Shown in pieces: positions 36,794-47,929 of a DNA stretch of 64,000 bases (within the stretch, counting starts at the first letter, position 1; the number at the start of each line of letters is the position of its first letter). Where the stretch lies: assembly GCA_965228475.1 (NCBI GenBank), contig OZ245817.1:96001-160000 (forward strand), read 5' to 3'. The notes beneath the pieces were generated by a model. The model was not told the origin of the DNA. It saw nothing but the letters and a program-made list of their open reading frames with translations, and did not search any database. The position numbers and the translations under genes were made by a program. The DNA is from Myxococcota bacterium (GTDB taxonomy: Bacteria; Myxococcota_A; UBA9160; JAFDDA01).

Positions 36794-37687
36794 ATGCCGA
36801 AGGCGAACACCCCCGGAAACGATGGCGTCGAGATCCACTACGAGCTGCGTGGCGATGCCGCCGGGCCGCCCCTGCTCCTGGTCATGGGGCTCGGCAGCCA
36901 GCTCGTGCGTTGGCCGGAGAAGTTCCTCGCCGAGTTCGAGCGCCGCGGCTTCCGGCTCGTGCTGTTCGACAACCGCGACGTCGGCCTGAGCACGCATCTC
37001 CATGAAGCCGGCATGCCGAACCTGATCGAGGTCCTGCAGGCGACGGGGGCCGGCAAACCCGCCGACGTCGCCTACACCCTCGACGAGATGGCCACCGACT
37101 CGGTCGCCGTACTCGACGCCGTCGGCATCGATCGCGCCCACGTGCTCGGTGTTTCGATGGGCGGCATGGTCGTCCAGACGATGGCGATCCGGCACGCGGA
37201 CCGGCTCGCGAGCATGACCTCCATCATGTCCACCACGGGCAATCCGGAGGTTCCGCCGCCGGCGCCCGAAGTGGCGGCCGGCCTGCTGAACCCGCCGGTC
37301 GAGACGCGCGAGGCCTTCATCGAGCAGGCGCTCGAGACCGACCGGCTGATCGGGACGAAGGTCTTTCCCTTCGAGGAGGACGTCTTCCGCGAGCGCGCCG
37401 GCAAGGCCTGGGACCGTGGCTACGACCCGGCCGGCGTCGCCCGTCAGGTCGCGGCCATCGCGGCCCACGGGAACCGGCGCGACGCGCTCACGCGCGTGCG
37501 CGTGCCGTCGCTGGTCGTGCACGGCACCGACGATCTGCTCGTCCGGATCGAAGGCGGCCGCGATACCGCGGCGGCGATTCCGGGGGCGGAGCTCGTCGAG
37601 ATCGAAGGCATGGCCCACGATCTCCCGGCGCCGGTCCAGGGGCGGATCGCCGAAGCGGTCGAGAAGCTCGTCGAGCGCTCCCGCTAG
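36794..37687 (+). CDS. Alpha/beta hydrolase (EstC/LipG-like)
   Basis: LVMGLGSQL, FDNRDVGLS, GVSMGG, HGTDD, GMAHDLP. Confidence 0.9.
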   Translation: MPKANTPGNDGVEIHYELRGDAAGPPLLLVMGLGSQLVRWPEKFLAEFERRGFRLVLFDNRDVGLSTHLHEAGMPNLIEVLQATGAGKPADVAYTLDEMATDSVAVLDAVGIDRAHVLGVSMGGMVVQTMAIRHADRLASMTSIMSTTGNPEVPPPAPEVAAGLLNPPVETREAFIEQALETDRLIGTKVFPFEEDVFRERAGKAWDRGYDPAGVARQVAAIAAHGNRRDALTRVRVPSLVVHGTDDLLVRIEGGRDTAAAIPGAELVEIEGMAHDLPAPVQGRIAEAVEKLVERSR

Positions 37688-38430
37688 CCGAGCAGCCGCT
37701 CGCGGAGTGCTTCGCGGTCGGCGTCGGCCAGGCCTGCGCCGCGCGCCCACTCGGCGAAGGAACCGTGCTCCCCGCGCACCCGTTCGAGGAAGCGTTCCAT
37801 GGCCGCCGGGTCCGCATCCCAGGCGCCGTCCGGGAGCTCCTCCATCCATCTCGAGTACGCCTCGCTCGAGCCGAGCCGCGAGTTGATGGCGTCGATGTTC
37901 CGGCGGCTCAGGGCGTAGTCGGCGACGATCGTCTCTTCGGGGACGTCGAGCAGCGAGAGCAGCAGCGCCGAGATCACGCCGGTCCGATCCTTCCCGGCGG
38001 CGCAGTGGAAGACGGCCGGGGCGTCCGCCGCGGCGAGCAGTTCCACCACGCGCAGGATCGGGCCGGCCGCCGCCTGGAGCATCACGTAGTAGAGGTCGCC
38101 CATGTTGCCGTCGCGGAGGCTCGCGGCGATCTCGCCGCTGGCAGAGCTGCGAGTCTGCTCGAACAGCGGAACCGGCTCGATCCGCGCGCGGCCGGCGATG
38201 GCACCCGTGCCGTGGGTCTCGACCTCGGCGCTCGAGCGCAGGTCGATCACCAGGCCGAGGCCGAGGGGGCCGCACAGGTGGTCGAGGTCGCGCGCGGTGA
38301 GTTCCTGGAGGCCGTCGGAGCGGTAGACGCGGCCGGGCTGCATGCGGCGGCCGTCGCGGGTCGCATAGCTCCCGAGGTCGCGGAAGTTGAAGCAGCCTTC
38401 GAGGGTCACCCAGCTCGCGAGCTCGTCCAT
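37684..38430 (-). CDS. Tyrosine-protein phosphatase (Y_phosphatase3/PtpB-like)
   Basis: NFRDLG, IDLRS, HCAAGKDRTG P-loop, DYALS. Confidence 0.92.
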   Translation of the reverse strand: MDELASWVTLEGCFNFRDLGSYATRDGRRMQPGRVYRSDGLQELTARDLDHLCGPLGLGLVIDLRSSAEVETHGTGAIAGRARIEPVPLFEQTRSSASGEIAASLRDGNMGDLYYVMLQAAAGPILRVVELLAAADAPAVFHCAAGKDRTGVISALLLSLLDVPEETIVADYALSRRNIDAINSRLGSSEAYSRWMEELPDGAWDADPAAMERFLERVRGEHGSFAEWARGAGLADADREALRERLLG

Positions 38431-38622
38431 CGAACCTCCGTCCGGTCTCTCACACCCGTCGAGTGCGTGCGAGGGAATAGCACGCTCGCCGCACACCCGT
38501 TGCCGGCGCACGGAGGGTCGCTGCGCATGGCCGCGATTCCCTTCCACTTTGGCCACAAGGCCCCGGCGCATCCGTTCGAAACGTAGGAACAGGGCATCTG
38601 CCCTGCTCTCGAGGGGGGAGCC

Positions 38623-40128
38623 ATGTCTTCCGGCATCCACGCCGACGTCGCCCTGGCCGTGATCGATCGCCTCTCCGAGGGCGTCATCGTGATCGATGCC
38701 CGCGGGATCATCACGTCCCTGAACGCCGCCGCCGAGACCATCTTCGGACGCCGTACGGTGGAGCTCGTCGGGAAGCACGTCTCCGAGCTCATGCCCGAGC
38801 CGCACCGCTCGAACCACGATCAGTACATGAAGCGCTACCTCCAGGGGGGCGCCCCGCGCGCTCTCGGGGCTTCGCGCGAGGTCGAAGGCCTGCGGGCCGA
38901 CGGCACGCCCTTCCCGATGGAGATCTCGGTCGAGGAGATCGAGGTCGAGGGGCAGACGCGCTTCGCCGGGGTCGTCCGCGACGTGAGCGAACGGGTCGCC
39001 GCCGAGAATCTCCTGGCGATCCGCGGCCGCGTCGCCCAGGCCGTGAACCAGATCCTGCGCGGCTTCATCACGGCGACGCTGTGGTCGCGCAAGGAGCTCT
39101 TCGAGGAGGCGCTCGAGAACCTGCTCGGGCTGACCGGCAGCGAGTGCGGCTTCATCGGCGAGATCTTCGAGGACGCCGAGGGCAAGCCGGGCCTGCGCAC
39201 CCATGCCATCAGCGACATCTCGTGGAACGCCGGCTCCCGCCAGGTCTTCCGCGAGCAGTCGGGCCCGGGGCTCGAGTTCCGGAATCCGAACACTCTGATC
39301 GGTGCGACCTTGCGAACCGGCGAGGTCGTCATCGCGAACGAGCCGCGCACGGACCTGCGGAGCGCCGGACCGCCGCCGGGGCACCCGGGCTTCCAGTCCT
39401 ACCTGGGCCTGCCGATTCACGCGGGCGGCCGGCTGATCGGCATGGTCGGCGTCGCGAACCGGCCCGGCGGCTACGACGACGAGATGGCCTACGGCCTGAA
39501 GCCTTTCCTCGGCGCCATCGGCACGGTGATCGCCGGCTTCCAGGACCTCCAGGTGCGCCGCCGCGCCGAGCAGGACCTCTACCGCGCGCAGCAGCGCCTG
39601 CGCATCCTGGCCACGCAGGACGCCCTGACCGGCATTCCGAACCGGCACTCCCTGGTCGACGCCGTCGACGACGCCTTCGCGCGCTCCCAGGAACTCGGCA
39701 TTCCGTTCTCCGTCGTGTTCGTCGACGTCGACCATCTGAAGCGCATCAACGACCGCTACGGACACCGCGCGGGCGATTGCGTGCTGCGGCACCTGGCCCG
39801 GATCCTGCGCGAGACGACCCGGCCGGCCGACATCATCGGGCGCTGGGGGAGCGAACAGTTCGTGCTCGCCTTCCTCGAGTGCGACGAGCCCCACGCGCGC
39901 ATGGTGGCCGAGCGCCTGCGCCTCCGGATCGAGGGCGAGCCCTTCCCGGTGGACGAGGACGGGCCGAATACGATCCCGGTGACGGTGAGCGCCGGCGTTG
40001 CGGCCTGGAACGAGGGCGTCTCGAACGCGAGCGAGCTGATCGACCGCGCGGAGCTCTCGGCCTGCGAAGCGAAGCAGGCGGGCCGCAACCAGGTGCGCGT
40101 CCACGGCACGGACGATCCGAGCGGCTGA
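38623..40128 (+). CDS. PAS-GAF-GGDEF protein with degenerate active site
   Basis: FixL-like PAS (LMPEPHRSNHDQYMKRYL), GAF, DALTGIPNR, INDRYGH; GGDEF replaced by GSEQF. Confidence 0.88.
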   Translation: MSSGIHADVALAVIDRLSEGVIVIDARGIITSLNAAAETIFGRRTVELVGKHVSELMPEPHRSNHDQYMKRYLQGGAPRALGASREVEGLRADGTPFPMEISVEEIEVEGQTRFAGVVRDVSERVAAENLLAIRGRVAQAVNQILRGFITATLWSRKELFEEALENLLGLTGSECGFIGEIFEDAEGKPGLRTHAISDISWNAGSRQVFREQSGPGLEFRNPNTLIGATLRTGEVVIANEPRTDLRSAGPPPGHPGFQSYLGLPIHAGGRLIGMVGVANRPGGYDDEMAYGLKPFLGAIGTVIAGFQDLQVRRRAEQDLYRAQQRLRILATQDALTGIPNRHSLVDAVDDAFARSQELGIPFSVVFVDVDHLKRINDRYGHRAGDCVLRHLARILRETTRPADIIGRWGSEQFVLAFLECDEPHARMVAERLRLRIEGEPFPVDEDGPNTIPVTVSAGVAAWNEGVSNASELIDRAELSACEAKQAGRNQVRVHGTDDPSG

Positions 40129-40160
40129 GGCGCGCGAGCCGCTAGCGTGGGTGGGTGCCG

Positions 40161-41297
40161 ATGGCCCGCTTCCTCGCGACGACCTTGCTTCTTTCCGCGC
40201 TCGCCTGCGCACCGCCTCCGGGGTTCGTGGTTCCGGAGGGCGTCGAGCCCGTCGAACCCGTTGAACCGCTTCGCCTGTTCTCCCACGCCGACGATCCCCG
40301 GGAGCTGCTCGTGCTTGCCGGGTCGAGCGGAGCCGAGCTGGCCCGCGCGCTCGACTCGGTCAACGCGGAAGAGCTCGCGGCGGGCCGCTCCGCGATCCGG
40401 CTCGCGTGGATCGAACGCTCGCGCGCCACCGTCGCGCCGCCCGAGACGCCACACACGCCGGTCGCGCGCGTTGCGACCCGCGCGCGTTTCGGCGCGTGGC
40501 TTCAGGACGTCTTCGAGTTCGTCGAACACCGGGGGCGCCTCGCCGTGCTCGACCTGCGGCGCAGCGCCGAAGGCACCTCTCGCCTGCTGGCACCGCTCGT
40601 CATGCGCGGGGACGCCGCCTGGCTCGCGCCCCCGCCCGAGACCGGGCCGGCCGCGAACGGCGGCGGAAACCTCGAGGGCCTCCCCGACGGAACGCTCCTG
40701 CTCGGTGCGAACGCCGGCCCGGCGCTCGCCGAGTTCCTGCTCGCCCGCGGACACCGGAGCCGCCACGTCCGCGTCGAGACGGGCTTCCTCGCCGTCGGTC
40801 ACGTGGACGAGCTGTTCTCCCACGTCGTCACGGGGCCGGGGCCCTGCGATTTCGCGCTCGTGGTGGCGTCGCCGGAACTCGGGCTCCGCTTCGAGGGCGG
40901 GCGCGATGGGGAGGATGCGGAGTTCGTGCGCACGCAGCGTACGCTCGAAGCGCGCATCGCGGCCTCGGCGGCGCGCATCGTCGAGACCGCCTGCGCCGCG
41001 GATCGCATCCGCCTCCCCGTGACCTTCTCGTGCGCCGGCCCGGCGGAGGCTCCGCGAGGCTGCGTGGCGGCCCATCCGAACCCGGTCAACCTGATCGCCC
41101 TGCGCCGCCATCTCCTGATCTCGGACCCGGGCGACCCGCCCCGTCGGCGGGCGATCACGCAGGCGCTCCGCGGCCACGGCCAGAAGCCTCGCTTCGTGCG
41201 CGCAAGCGCCGCCCACGACCGCGGCGGCGGGCTGCACTGCGCGGCCCAGGTGCGCCGCGCCCCCTCGCGCCAGGGCGCGGCTACAATGGCCGAATGA
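40161..41297 (+). CDS. Lipoprotein with protein-arginine deiminase (PAD) catalytic domain
   Basis: Lipobox-like [34 protein letters not shown]. Confidence 0.75.
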   Translation: MARFLATTLLLSALACAPPPGFVVPEGVEPVEPVEPLRLFSHADDPRELLVLAGSSGAELARALDSVNAEELAAGRSAIRLAWIERSRATVAPPETPHTPVARVATRARFGAWLQDVFEFVEHRGRLAVLDLRRSAEGTSRLLAPLVMRGDAAWLAPPPETGPAANGGGNLEGLPDGTLLLGANAGPALAEFLLARGHRSRHVRVETGFLAVGHVDELFSHVVTGPGPCDFALVVASPELGLRFEGGRDGEDAEFVRTQRTLEARIAASAARIVETACAADRIRLPVTFSCAGPAEAPRGCVAAHPNPVNLIALRRHLLISDPGDPPRRRAITQALRGHGQKPRFVRASAAHDRGGGLHCAAQVRRAPSRQGAATMAE

Positions 41298-42151
41298 AAT
41301 TCGGACTCACCTACTTCCCGACGGACTACGCCATGCCCCCCGCCGACTTCGCGCGCGCTGCCGAGGCGCGGGGCTTCGAATCCGTCTGGTTCGCCGAGCA
41401 CTCCCACATCCCGGAATCGCCCGCCACGCCCGGGCCGCCCGAGCCCGGCCAGCCCGGCCTGCCGCGCGAGTACTACACCGTGGCCGACCCCTTCGTCTCG
41501 CTCTCCATGGCCGCCGCAGCGACGAAGACCCTGCGCGTAGCGACCGGCATCTGCCTCGTGCCCCAGCGCGACGTGTTCCAGCTCGCGAAGGAGGTCGCCA
41601 CGCTCGACGCCTTCTCCGGCGGCCGTTTCCTGTTCGGGGTCGGCGGCGGATGGAACCGGCCGGAGATCGAGAACCACGGCACGGATCCGGACGTCCGCTT
41701 CGCGGTCATGCGGGAGAAGATCGAAGCCATGAAACAGCTGTGGACGGAGGAAAGGGCCGAGTACCACGGCAAGTACGTCGACTTCGGCCCGAGCTACGCC
41801 TGGCCGAAACCCACGCAGGCGCCCCACCCGCCGGTCCACGTCGGCGGCGCCGGACGCCGCGCGATCCGCCGCGCCGTGCGCTACGGCAACGGCTGGGTGC
41901 CGCTCATGGGCGGCGGCGAGGACGACCCGGTGGCGCTCCTGCCCGCCGTGCGCGAGGCCCTCGAGGAAGCCGGCCGCAGCGCCGACCCCTTCGAGGTGAC
42001 GATCTACTTCTGTCCGCCGTACCCGGCCGTGGTCGAGCGCTGTGCCGTCGCCGGGATCGACCGCGTGCTCTTCCCGATGCCCTCGGCCGACGCCGCGGGG
42101 GTGGAGACCCTGCTCGACCAGTGGGCCGAGACCCTCGTCTCCTCCAGCTGA
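41294..42151 (+). CDS. LLM-class F420-dependent oxidoreductase
   Basis: [39 protein letters not shown]. Confidence 0.9.
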   Translation: MKFGLTYFPTDYAMPPADFARAAEARGFESVWFAEHSHIPESPATPGPPEPGQPGLPREYYTVADPFVSLSMAAAATKTLRVATGICLVPQRDVFQLAKEVATLDAFSGGRFLFGVGGGWNRPEIENHGTDPDVRFAVMREKIEAMKQLWTEERAEYHGKYVDFGPSYAWPKPTQAPHPPVHVGGAGRRAIRRAVRYGNGWVPLMGGGEDDPVALLPAVREALEEAGRSADPFEVTIYFCPPYPAVVERCAVAGIDRVLFPMPSADAAGVETLLDQWAETLVSSS

Positions 42152-42201
42152 GGCGTCCGGCGGCTCCCGGCCGCGCCCGCGGCGTGATACAGTCCGCCGC
42201 C

Positions 42202-42924
42202 ATGCAGAGAAACCACGCGAATGCGCGCACGAGACTCCTGGCCCTCGCCGGCTGTCTGACCCTCTCGGTCGCCGCCGCATGCACGCCCCCGCAAGAAGAG
42301 CAGGAGACCCCGACCATGTCCGGAAGTGACGCCACCCTGTCTGGCAGCGACGCCCTCGCCGCGATCGACGGATTCATCGAACAGGCCGGGATCGACAAGA
42401 GCAACGCCCGCTGGAAGACGAGCCTTCCGCAGCCGCCGAAGGCGGAGTTCGCGGCGGGGACCGACTACTTCTGGAACCTCGAGACCAGCGTCGGCAACCT
42501 CAAGGTGAAGCTCTGGCCCGACACGGCGCCCATGCACGTGACGAGCACGATCTACCTGACGCGCCTCGGCTTCTACGACGGCACCGCCTTCCACCGCGTG
42601 ATCACGGACTTCATGGCCCAGGGCGGCGACCCGCTCGGCAACGGCACCGGCGGCCCGGGCTACGACTACGACGGCGAGTTCGACGGCGGAAAGCGCCACG
42701 ACCGCCCCGGCCTGCTCAGCATGGCGAACCGCGGCCCCGGCACCGACGGGAGCCAGTTCTTCCTGACCTTCGTCCCGACGCCCTGGCTCGACGGCAAGCA
42801 CACGCTGTTCGGCGAGGTCGTGGAGGGCGAGGACACGCTGAAGGCGCTCGAAGCGCGCGGCAGCCAGAGCGGCCGCACGAGCGAGCCGCTCGAGATCGTC
42901 AAGGCGACGATCAGCACCGAGTAG
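42202..42924 (+). CDS. Cyclophilin-type peptidyl-prolyl isomerase (lipoprotein)
   Basis: [36 protein letters not shown]; lipobox VAAAC. Confidence 0.93.
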   Translation: MQRNHANARTRLLALAGCLTLSVAAACTPPQEEQETPTMSGSDATLSGSDALAAIDGFIEQAGIDKSNARWKTSLPQPPKAEFAAGTDYFWNLETSVGNLKVKLWPDTAPMHVTSTIYLTRLGFYDGTAFHRVITDFMAQGGDPLGNGTGGPGYDYDGEFDGGKRHDRPGLLSMANRGPGTDGSQFFLTFVPTPWLDGKHTLFGEVVEGEDTLKALEARGSQSGRTSEPLEIVKATISTE

Positions 42925-42945
42925 TCTTCCGTCGATCGCGTCCGG

Positions 42946-43614
42946 CTAGCTCGCCGCCTCGAGGGCGCTCCGCAGCCGGTCTGCGTGGTCGCAGTAGACG
43001 CCGTCGAAGCCCCGGGCGATCAGGTCGGCGAGCCGCGCCGGCTCCTGGACGTCCCAGGCGAAGACGCGCCGTCCGCGCTGCTGATAGACGGCGACCCACT
43101 CGGGTTGCCAGTGACTCCAGTGCAGGTTGATGGCGTCGATGCCGACCTCCACCATGCGGGCCGCGCGCGGCTCCGGCGGCGTCCGCATGTGCTCGATGCT
43201 GGTGGAGTCGACGAGGTGGATCTCCGGGGAGAGCGGCCGCCAGCCCGCGACCACCCGCCAGTTCCAGTGACACAGCCAGAGCGCGGCCTCTGCGCCGTGG
43301 GCCCGGGCGGTTTCGATCACCGTCGGCGCGGCCGCCTCGTCCTTCACGTCGAGGGAGAGGGGCACTTCCGGGCCGCAGGCCTCGTAGAGCTCGACGAGGG
43401 TGGGAACGTGGGGAGGGAGGGCGCGGCGCTCGAGCTCGCGGATCGGCCGGCCGTCGAACTCGCCGTCGTGGTCGAGCACGGCGACGCCGTCCCGTGTGAT
43501 CCAGACGTCGGATTCGAGCGCGTTCGCGCCCATCTCGAGGGCGAGCCGGAACGCTTCGAGGGTGTTCTCGGGCGCGTGCGCCCGGGCGCCGCGGTGCGCG
43601 AAGCCGAAGAACAC
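42946..43614 (-). CDS. Glycerophosphodiester phosphodiesterase
   Basis: [30 protein letters not shown] start overlapping the upstream stop. Confidence 0.88.
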   Translation of the reverse strand: MFFGFAHRGARAHAPENTLEAFRLALEMGANALESDVWITRDGVAVLDHDGEFDGRPIRELERRALPPHVPTLVELYEACGPEVPLSLDVKDEAAAPTVIETARAHGAEAALWLCHWNWRVVAGWRPLSPEIHLVDSTSIEHMRTPPEPRAARMVEVGIDAINLHWSHWQPEWVAVYQQRGRRVFAWDVQEPARLADLIARGFDGVYCDHADRLRSALEAAS

Positions 43615-44981
43615 TAGGCCTCGACGACCACCGTCTTGATGTTGACGAACTCGCGGATGCCGAAGTCGGCGAGCTCGCGTCCGTAGCCCGAGAGCTTGAC
43701 CCCGCCGAAGGGCAGGCGCGGGTCGCTCTTGACCATGCCGTTCACGAAGACGCAGCCGCTCTCGATGCGCGGGGCGAGGGCCTCCGCGCGCGCGGAGTCT
43801 CCCGACCAGACGCTTGCGCCGAGCCCGAACTCCGAGCCGTTCGCGATCTCGACGGCGTGGTCTTCGCTCTTCGCGACGAGGAGCGCGGCCACCGGGCCGA
43901 AGGTCTCCTCGCAGGCCACGGCGGTTTCGGGCGTCAGGTCGGCGAGCAGGGTCGGTTCGTAGAAGCAGCCGGCGTCGCCGATCCGCTTGCCGCCCGTCAC
44001 CAGCCGCGCGCCCTGCTCGAGACTCTTCGCGACCTGGCGCTCGAGGTCGTCGACGAGATCCGGGCGCGCCAGCGGGCCGAGGTCCGTTCCCTCGGCGAGC
44101 GGGTTCCCGACCACGAGCTTCTCGAGCTCGTCCCGGAACGCCGCTTCGAAGGCGTCGGCGATGCCCTCCATCACGATGAAGCGCTTGGCGGCGATGCAGC
44201 TCTGCCCCGTGTTGATCGTCCGCGCCAGGGCGGCGTGGCGCGCGACCTCCGCCGCGTCCACGTCGTCGAGCACGATGAACGGGTCGCTCCCGCCGAGTTC
44301 GAGCACGCTCTTCTTGATGCGTTGCCCGGCGCGGGAGGCGACGGCGGCCCCCGCGCCCTCGCTCCCGGTGAGCGTCACGGCGCGGACCGCGGGGTGATCG
44401 ATCACCGAAGCGACGGCGCCCGAGCCGATGACGAGCGTGCGGAAGGCGCCTTCCGGGAGCCCGGCCCGCCGAAGCAGATCTTCGATCGCGAGGGCCGAGC
44501 CCGTGACGTTCGAGGCATGCTTGAGCAGTCCGACGTTGCCCGCCATGAGGGCCGGAGCCGCGAAGCGGAAGACCTGCCACAGGGGGAAGTTCCACGGCAT
44601 CACCGCCAGCACCGGGCCGATCGGATCGAAGCGCACGTAGCTCTTCACCGCGTCCGAGGCGACGGTCTCCGGCGCGAGGAAGCGTTCCGCGTGGTCGGCG
44701 TAGAAGCGGCAGACCCAGGCGCACTTCTGGACCTCCGCCACGCCCTGGGCGACCGGCTTGCCCATCTCGCGCGCCATGCGCTCGGCATGGGTCCGCTCCT
44801 CGTCCTTCAGCAGGTCCGCGGCGCGCCGCAGGATGCCCGCGCGCTCGGCGAAGCCGGTTTCGCGCCAGCCCGCGAAGGCGGTGGCGGACGCTTCGATGGC
44901 CGCGGCGACCGCCTTCGCGTCCATCTCTTCGAAGGTTTCGAAGACTTTCCCGGTCGCCGGATCGATCGATGCGAGCGCCAC
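43614..44981 (-). CDS. NAD(P)-dependent succinate-semialdehyde dehydrogenase (Sad-like ALDH)
   Basis: [45 protein letters not shown]. Confidence 0.92.
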   Translation of the reverse strand: MALASIDPATGKVFETFEEMDAKAVAAAIEASATAFAGWRETGFAERAGILRRAADLLKDEERTHAERMAREMGKPVAQGVAEVQKCAWVCRFYADHAERFLAPETVASDAVKSYVRFDPIGPVLAVMPWNFPLWQVFRFAAPALMAGNVGLLKHASNVTGSALAIEDLLRRAGLPEGAFRTLVIGSGAVASVIDHPAVRAVTLTGSEGAGAAVASRAGQRIKKSVLELGGSDPFIVLDDVDAAEVARHAALARTINTGQSCIAAKRFIVMEGIADAFEAAFRDELEKLVVGNPLAEGTDLGPLARPDLVDDLERQVAKSLEQGARLVTGGKRIGDAGCFYEPTLLADLTPETAVACEETFGPVAALLVAKSEDHAVEIANGSEFGLGASVWSGDSARAEALAPRIESGCVFVNGMVKSDPRLPFGGVKLSGYGRELADFGIREFVNIKTVVVEA

Positions 44982-44982
44982 G

Positions 44983-46698
44983 CTAAGCCCCCCGTCCCTT
45001 GGATTCCGCACCGACGACGAGAATCACGTACTGGCCCCAGGGGTCGCCCTCCGGCTGGGTGTGGGAGACGCCGATCGCGATCTCGATCGTATTGCTCTCG
45101 AGCATGCCGGGCGGGAATTCGACGCGTTCCGGGTGGGTTGCGTAGAGCACCCATCCGTTGACGGGACGGCGAAGGACCGTCGACGCCTGCTGCAGGAGGT
45201 CTCCGAGCACGTCCTTCGGTTTCTCTCCCGCCTGGACGCGCTGGGCCGAGAGCCGAGCCAACGAAGCGACGTCGACGAGATGCCGCACCGGCCGCTTCCC
45301 GGACGCGGCGCGCATGCCGTCGAGCTTCTCGAGAACCGCACCCGCGGCTTCGTCGTGGCGCGTCTCGTCGAACAGCGTGTAGGCCGAGAAGATGCTGGCG
45401 AGGAACGCACCCTCCTTGTGGACGATCGTACCGATCGCCAGCCGCTCGAAGGCCGGGCCAAGGAGCGTCTGTCGGCCGCTCGGGTATTGCAGGGCCGTCG
45501 CGATGAGGCGGTCGAGATCCTTGGCCCCGGTGCTCCAGGCGGAGACGAAGTCCGCGTCCTGGACGACGCCCTCGACCCCCCAGCCCGCGAGAATGCCGAG
45601 GACGACGAGGTCGCCGGACTGCGGGGGTTCCTTTCCGAAGACGGAGGCGAAGTACATCGGCGCGAGGTCCCGAGCGGCTTCGCTCTGTGCCTCCTCGAGG
45701 ACGAGCGGCTGGCGGCCGGCCCGCTTGCGAACGGCATTGATCCGTTCGAGGAGGGCGGCCTCGATGTCGGTGTCCTCGTCGACGAGGATCGGTTCGCCGT
45801 AGCGCTGTCGGCGCCAATCGTCGCTGGGCTTTCCGGAGGGCCAGAGCACGGCGTTGAGGGCGTTGCGCGCGAGGAGGCGTCCGGGCGGCGTCGCGAAGAC
45901 GGTGAGCCAGGACCGGGCGTCGACGCGATCGACCTTGCACTCGAGTTCGAAGCGCGGGAGAGCGACGTCCGGGCGGGTGTCGCAATCCATGGAATCGAAC
46001 TCTCCGCGGTTGACCGCTCCGCTGATGCCCTCGGCGGGGATCAGGACCTCCCCTCGGACGACGAACGTGCCGTCGCCCTCCTCGAAGACCGTGGGGATCG
46101 GGTCGACCCGCAGGAGTCGTTCGCCGAAGGAGACCGTCACCACCGCGCGGCCTTCCTTTCGGCCGAACCAGATCCCGGCGGTCAGGGGGCCTCCGACGAA
46201 GTGGTCTGCCATCATGGCGTCGACCGCGCCGCGCCAGCTCTCGAAGACCTCCGCGTCCGAGGCGGCCTCGGGGATCCCGCCGGTGAAGTGGAAGTAGCGG
46301 ACCGAGGGGGAGACCGTGGTGCAGCGGGCGCTCAGGTATCGGAGCAGGTCCGGTCCGGGCGGCGCCTCGTGCTCCAGGAAGAAGCGGCCCCACTCCCGCG
46401 CGGCGCAGTGCATGGGCTCGGTTCCGACGACCAGGCCCGCGCGGCGCTGGGCCGCGACCTCGAGCAGGGCACCCCAGTCCGAAGGGGCCCGGTAGGGAAC
46501 GGCGGCGACGACGTTCGGGAACGGGCCTGCGAACGCCCACTCGTCGACGATCTCCATCGGGCGCTCGAACCCCTCCTCGGGCAGGGGCTTGTCCGCCAGG
46601 TCTTCGAGCTTCTTCGGCGACGGAAAGCGGCCTTCGGACTTCTCCGGCGCGGCACCCAGGAGGAGCGCCGCCAGCGCGAGAGTCGCGAGCCGTTGCAC
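44983..46698 (-). CDS. Secreted protein with CAP/SCP-like domain(s)
   Basis: Signal peptide; LLERINAVRKRAGRQPL and a second copy EKLDGMRAASGKRPV. Confidence 0.6.
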   Translation of the reverse strand: MQRLATLALAALLLGAAPEKSEGRFPSPKKLEDLADKPLPEEGFERPMEIVDEWAFAGPFPNVVAAVPYRAPSDWGALLEVAAQRRAGLVVGTEPMHCAAREWGRFFLEHEAPPGPDLLRYLSARCTTVSPSVRYFHFTGGIPEAASDAEVFESWRGAVDAMMADHFVGGPLTAGIWFGRKEGRAVVTVSFGERLLRVDPIPTVFEEGDGTFVVRGEVLIPAEGISGAVNRGEFDSMDCDTRPDVALPRFELECKVDRVDARSWLTVFATPPGRLLARNALNAVLWPSGKPSDDWRRQRYGEPILVDEDTDIEAALLERINAVRKRAGRQPLVLEEAQSEAARDLAPMYFASVFGKEPPQSGDLVVLGILAGWGVEGVVQDADFVSAWSTGAKDLDRLIATALQYPSGRQTLLGPAFERLAIGTIVHKEGAFLASIFSAYTLFDETRHDEAAGAVLEKLDGMRAASGKRPVRHLVDVASLARLSAQRVQAGEKPKDVLGDLLQQASTVLRRPVNGWVLYATHPERVEFPPGMLESNTIEIAIGVSHTQPEGDPWGQYVILVVGAESKGRGA

Positions 46699-46727
46699 GG
46701 GACGATGCACGTCGAAGGCGCCGGGGG

Positions 46728-47483
46728 CTACCAGGGAAGCAGCGTGAAGGTGCGCGTGTCCTTGACCTTCTCGCCGGGCTCGGCGTTCGCGATCTTCACC
46801 CACTGCTTCGCCCATTCCTGGACGATCTTGTGGGCCTCGCCGTACCAGGTGGCCCGGCGAAGGTTGATCGGCCCGAACTTGCCCGCCTCACGGTCGGCCC
46901 ACTGGGCGACGATTCGTCCGGTCTCCTGGTCGCGAAGCCGGCCTTCGATCGCCACGGAGCCCTTGGCGGATTCCTTGGCGGCGATCGAGGCGCCAACGGG
47001 GGCGGCCACGACCGAAGCCGCGAGGCCGAGCGCGCCGAGGGTGGCCTTGTTCGGCACGACGTCCACGAGCGCGAGTTCCATCACGAGGGAATCGCTCCGC
47101 GGGGTGTCGAGGACCTCGAAGCGTTCCTTCTTGTCCTTTCGGAACGCCTTCTGGAACTCCTCCTGGGTGTACGTCGCGAGGTTCGCGAGGTCCTCCTCCA
47201 TCTTGCTGCCCTTGAGGTTGGCCTTGCTCCACCAGCCCGCGGCCTTCACGTAGGAGGTGTTGACCGGGGCGATCACGATGGAGCGCTTCTCCGCGCCGTT
47301 CCAGCCGGGCTCGAACCAGGCCTTGTGGAACGGATAGATCTCCTGCTTCTCGAGCTGCGTGTTCTCCTGCAGGAAGCCCGAGGGCTCCTTGGCCGGCTTG
47401 GCCTTGCAGGCGCCCACGAACGCCACCGTCGCGATCAGCATCCAGAAGAGGGGCCCGTTGGTCTTGAGGGTTCGGTTCGTCAC
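46728..47483 (-). CDS. DUF3313-family lipoprotein
   Basis: Lipobox FVGAC; PSGFL; AIEGRLRDQETG..AQWADR. Confidence 0.75.
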   Translation of the reverse strand: MTNRTLKTNGPLFWMLIATVAFVGACKAKPAKEPSGFLQENTQLEKQEIYPFHKAWFEPGWNGAEKRSIVIAPVNTSYVKAAGWWSKANLKGSKMEEDLANLATYTQEEFQKAFRKDKKERFEVLDTPRSDSLVMELALVDVVPNKATLGALGLAASVVAAPVGASIAAKESAKGSVAIEGRLRDQETGRIVAQWADREAGKFGPINLRRATWYGEAHKIVQEWAKQWVKIANAEPGEKVKDTRTFTLLPW

Positions 47484-47525
47484 GCTCGGTCTCCTGAGAG
47501 TTGGCTCGGCCGGCTCGGTGCGCGG

Positions 47526-47810
47526 CTAGTTCGAAGAGTTCGAAGGACAGGTGAGCGACGTCGCCTCGGGCACGCGCTGCCACCCGCGTTTTTCCATGCA
47601 ATGCCGGAACAGGTCCCGGGCGTACTCGCCGCTGCGCCCGGACGGGTCACTGAGCCCCGCGGCCTCGACGCCGCAGGCGTCGCGGTCGGCGCTGCGCTGG
47701 GCGTCGGTTCCGCACGGGCGCTTCCAGACGTACGACTCCCCGAACTGTGCCGACGCGCAGGAGAGCGCGAGAGCCCCGAGGGCGGCGATACACGGAAGGG
47801 AGCGCTTCAC
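47526..47810 (-). CDS. Small Cys-containing lipoprotein
   Basis: Lipobox LALSC; D..AC...FRHCMEKRGW pattern; GGAG RBS. Confidence 0.65.
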   Translation of the reverse strand: MKRSLPCIAALGALALSCASAQFGESYVWKRPCGTDAQRSADRDACGVEAAGLSDPSGRSGEYARDLFRHCMEKRGWQRVPEATSLTCPSNSSN

Positions 47811-47929
47811 GGGCGGGTCTCCAGGGGCCGCATCGACGGGCCCGGTTGGGTTAGCCTACCACGCCTGCCGACGGCCAGAACGGCTCGAGACCGATCGAAT
47901 CCGACGGCCGCCGACGGCCCCGGGCCCGC

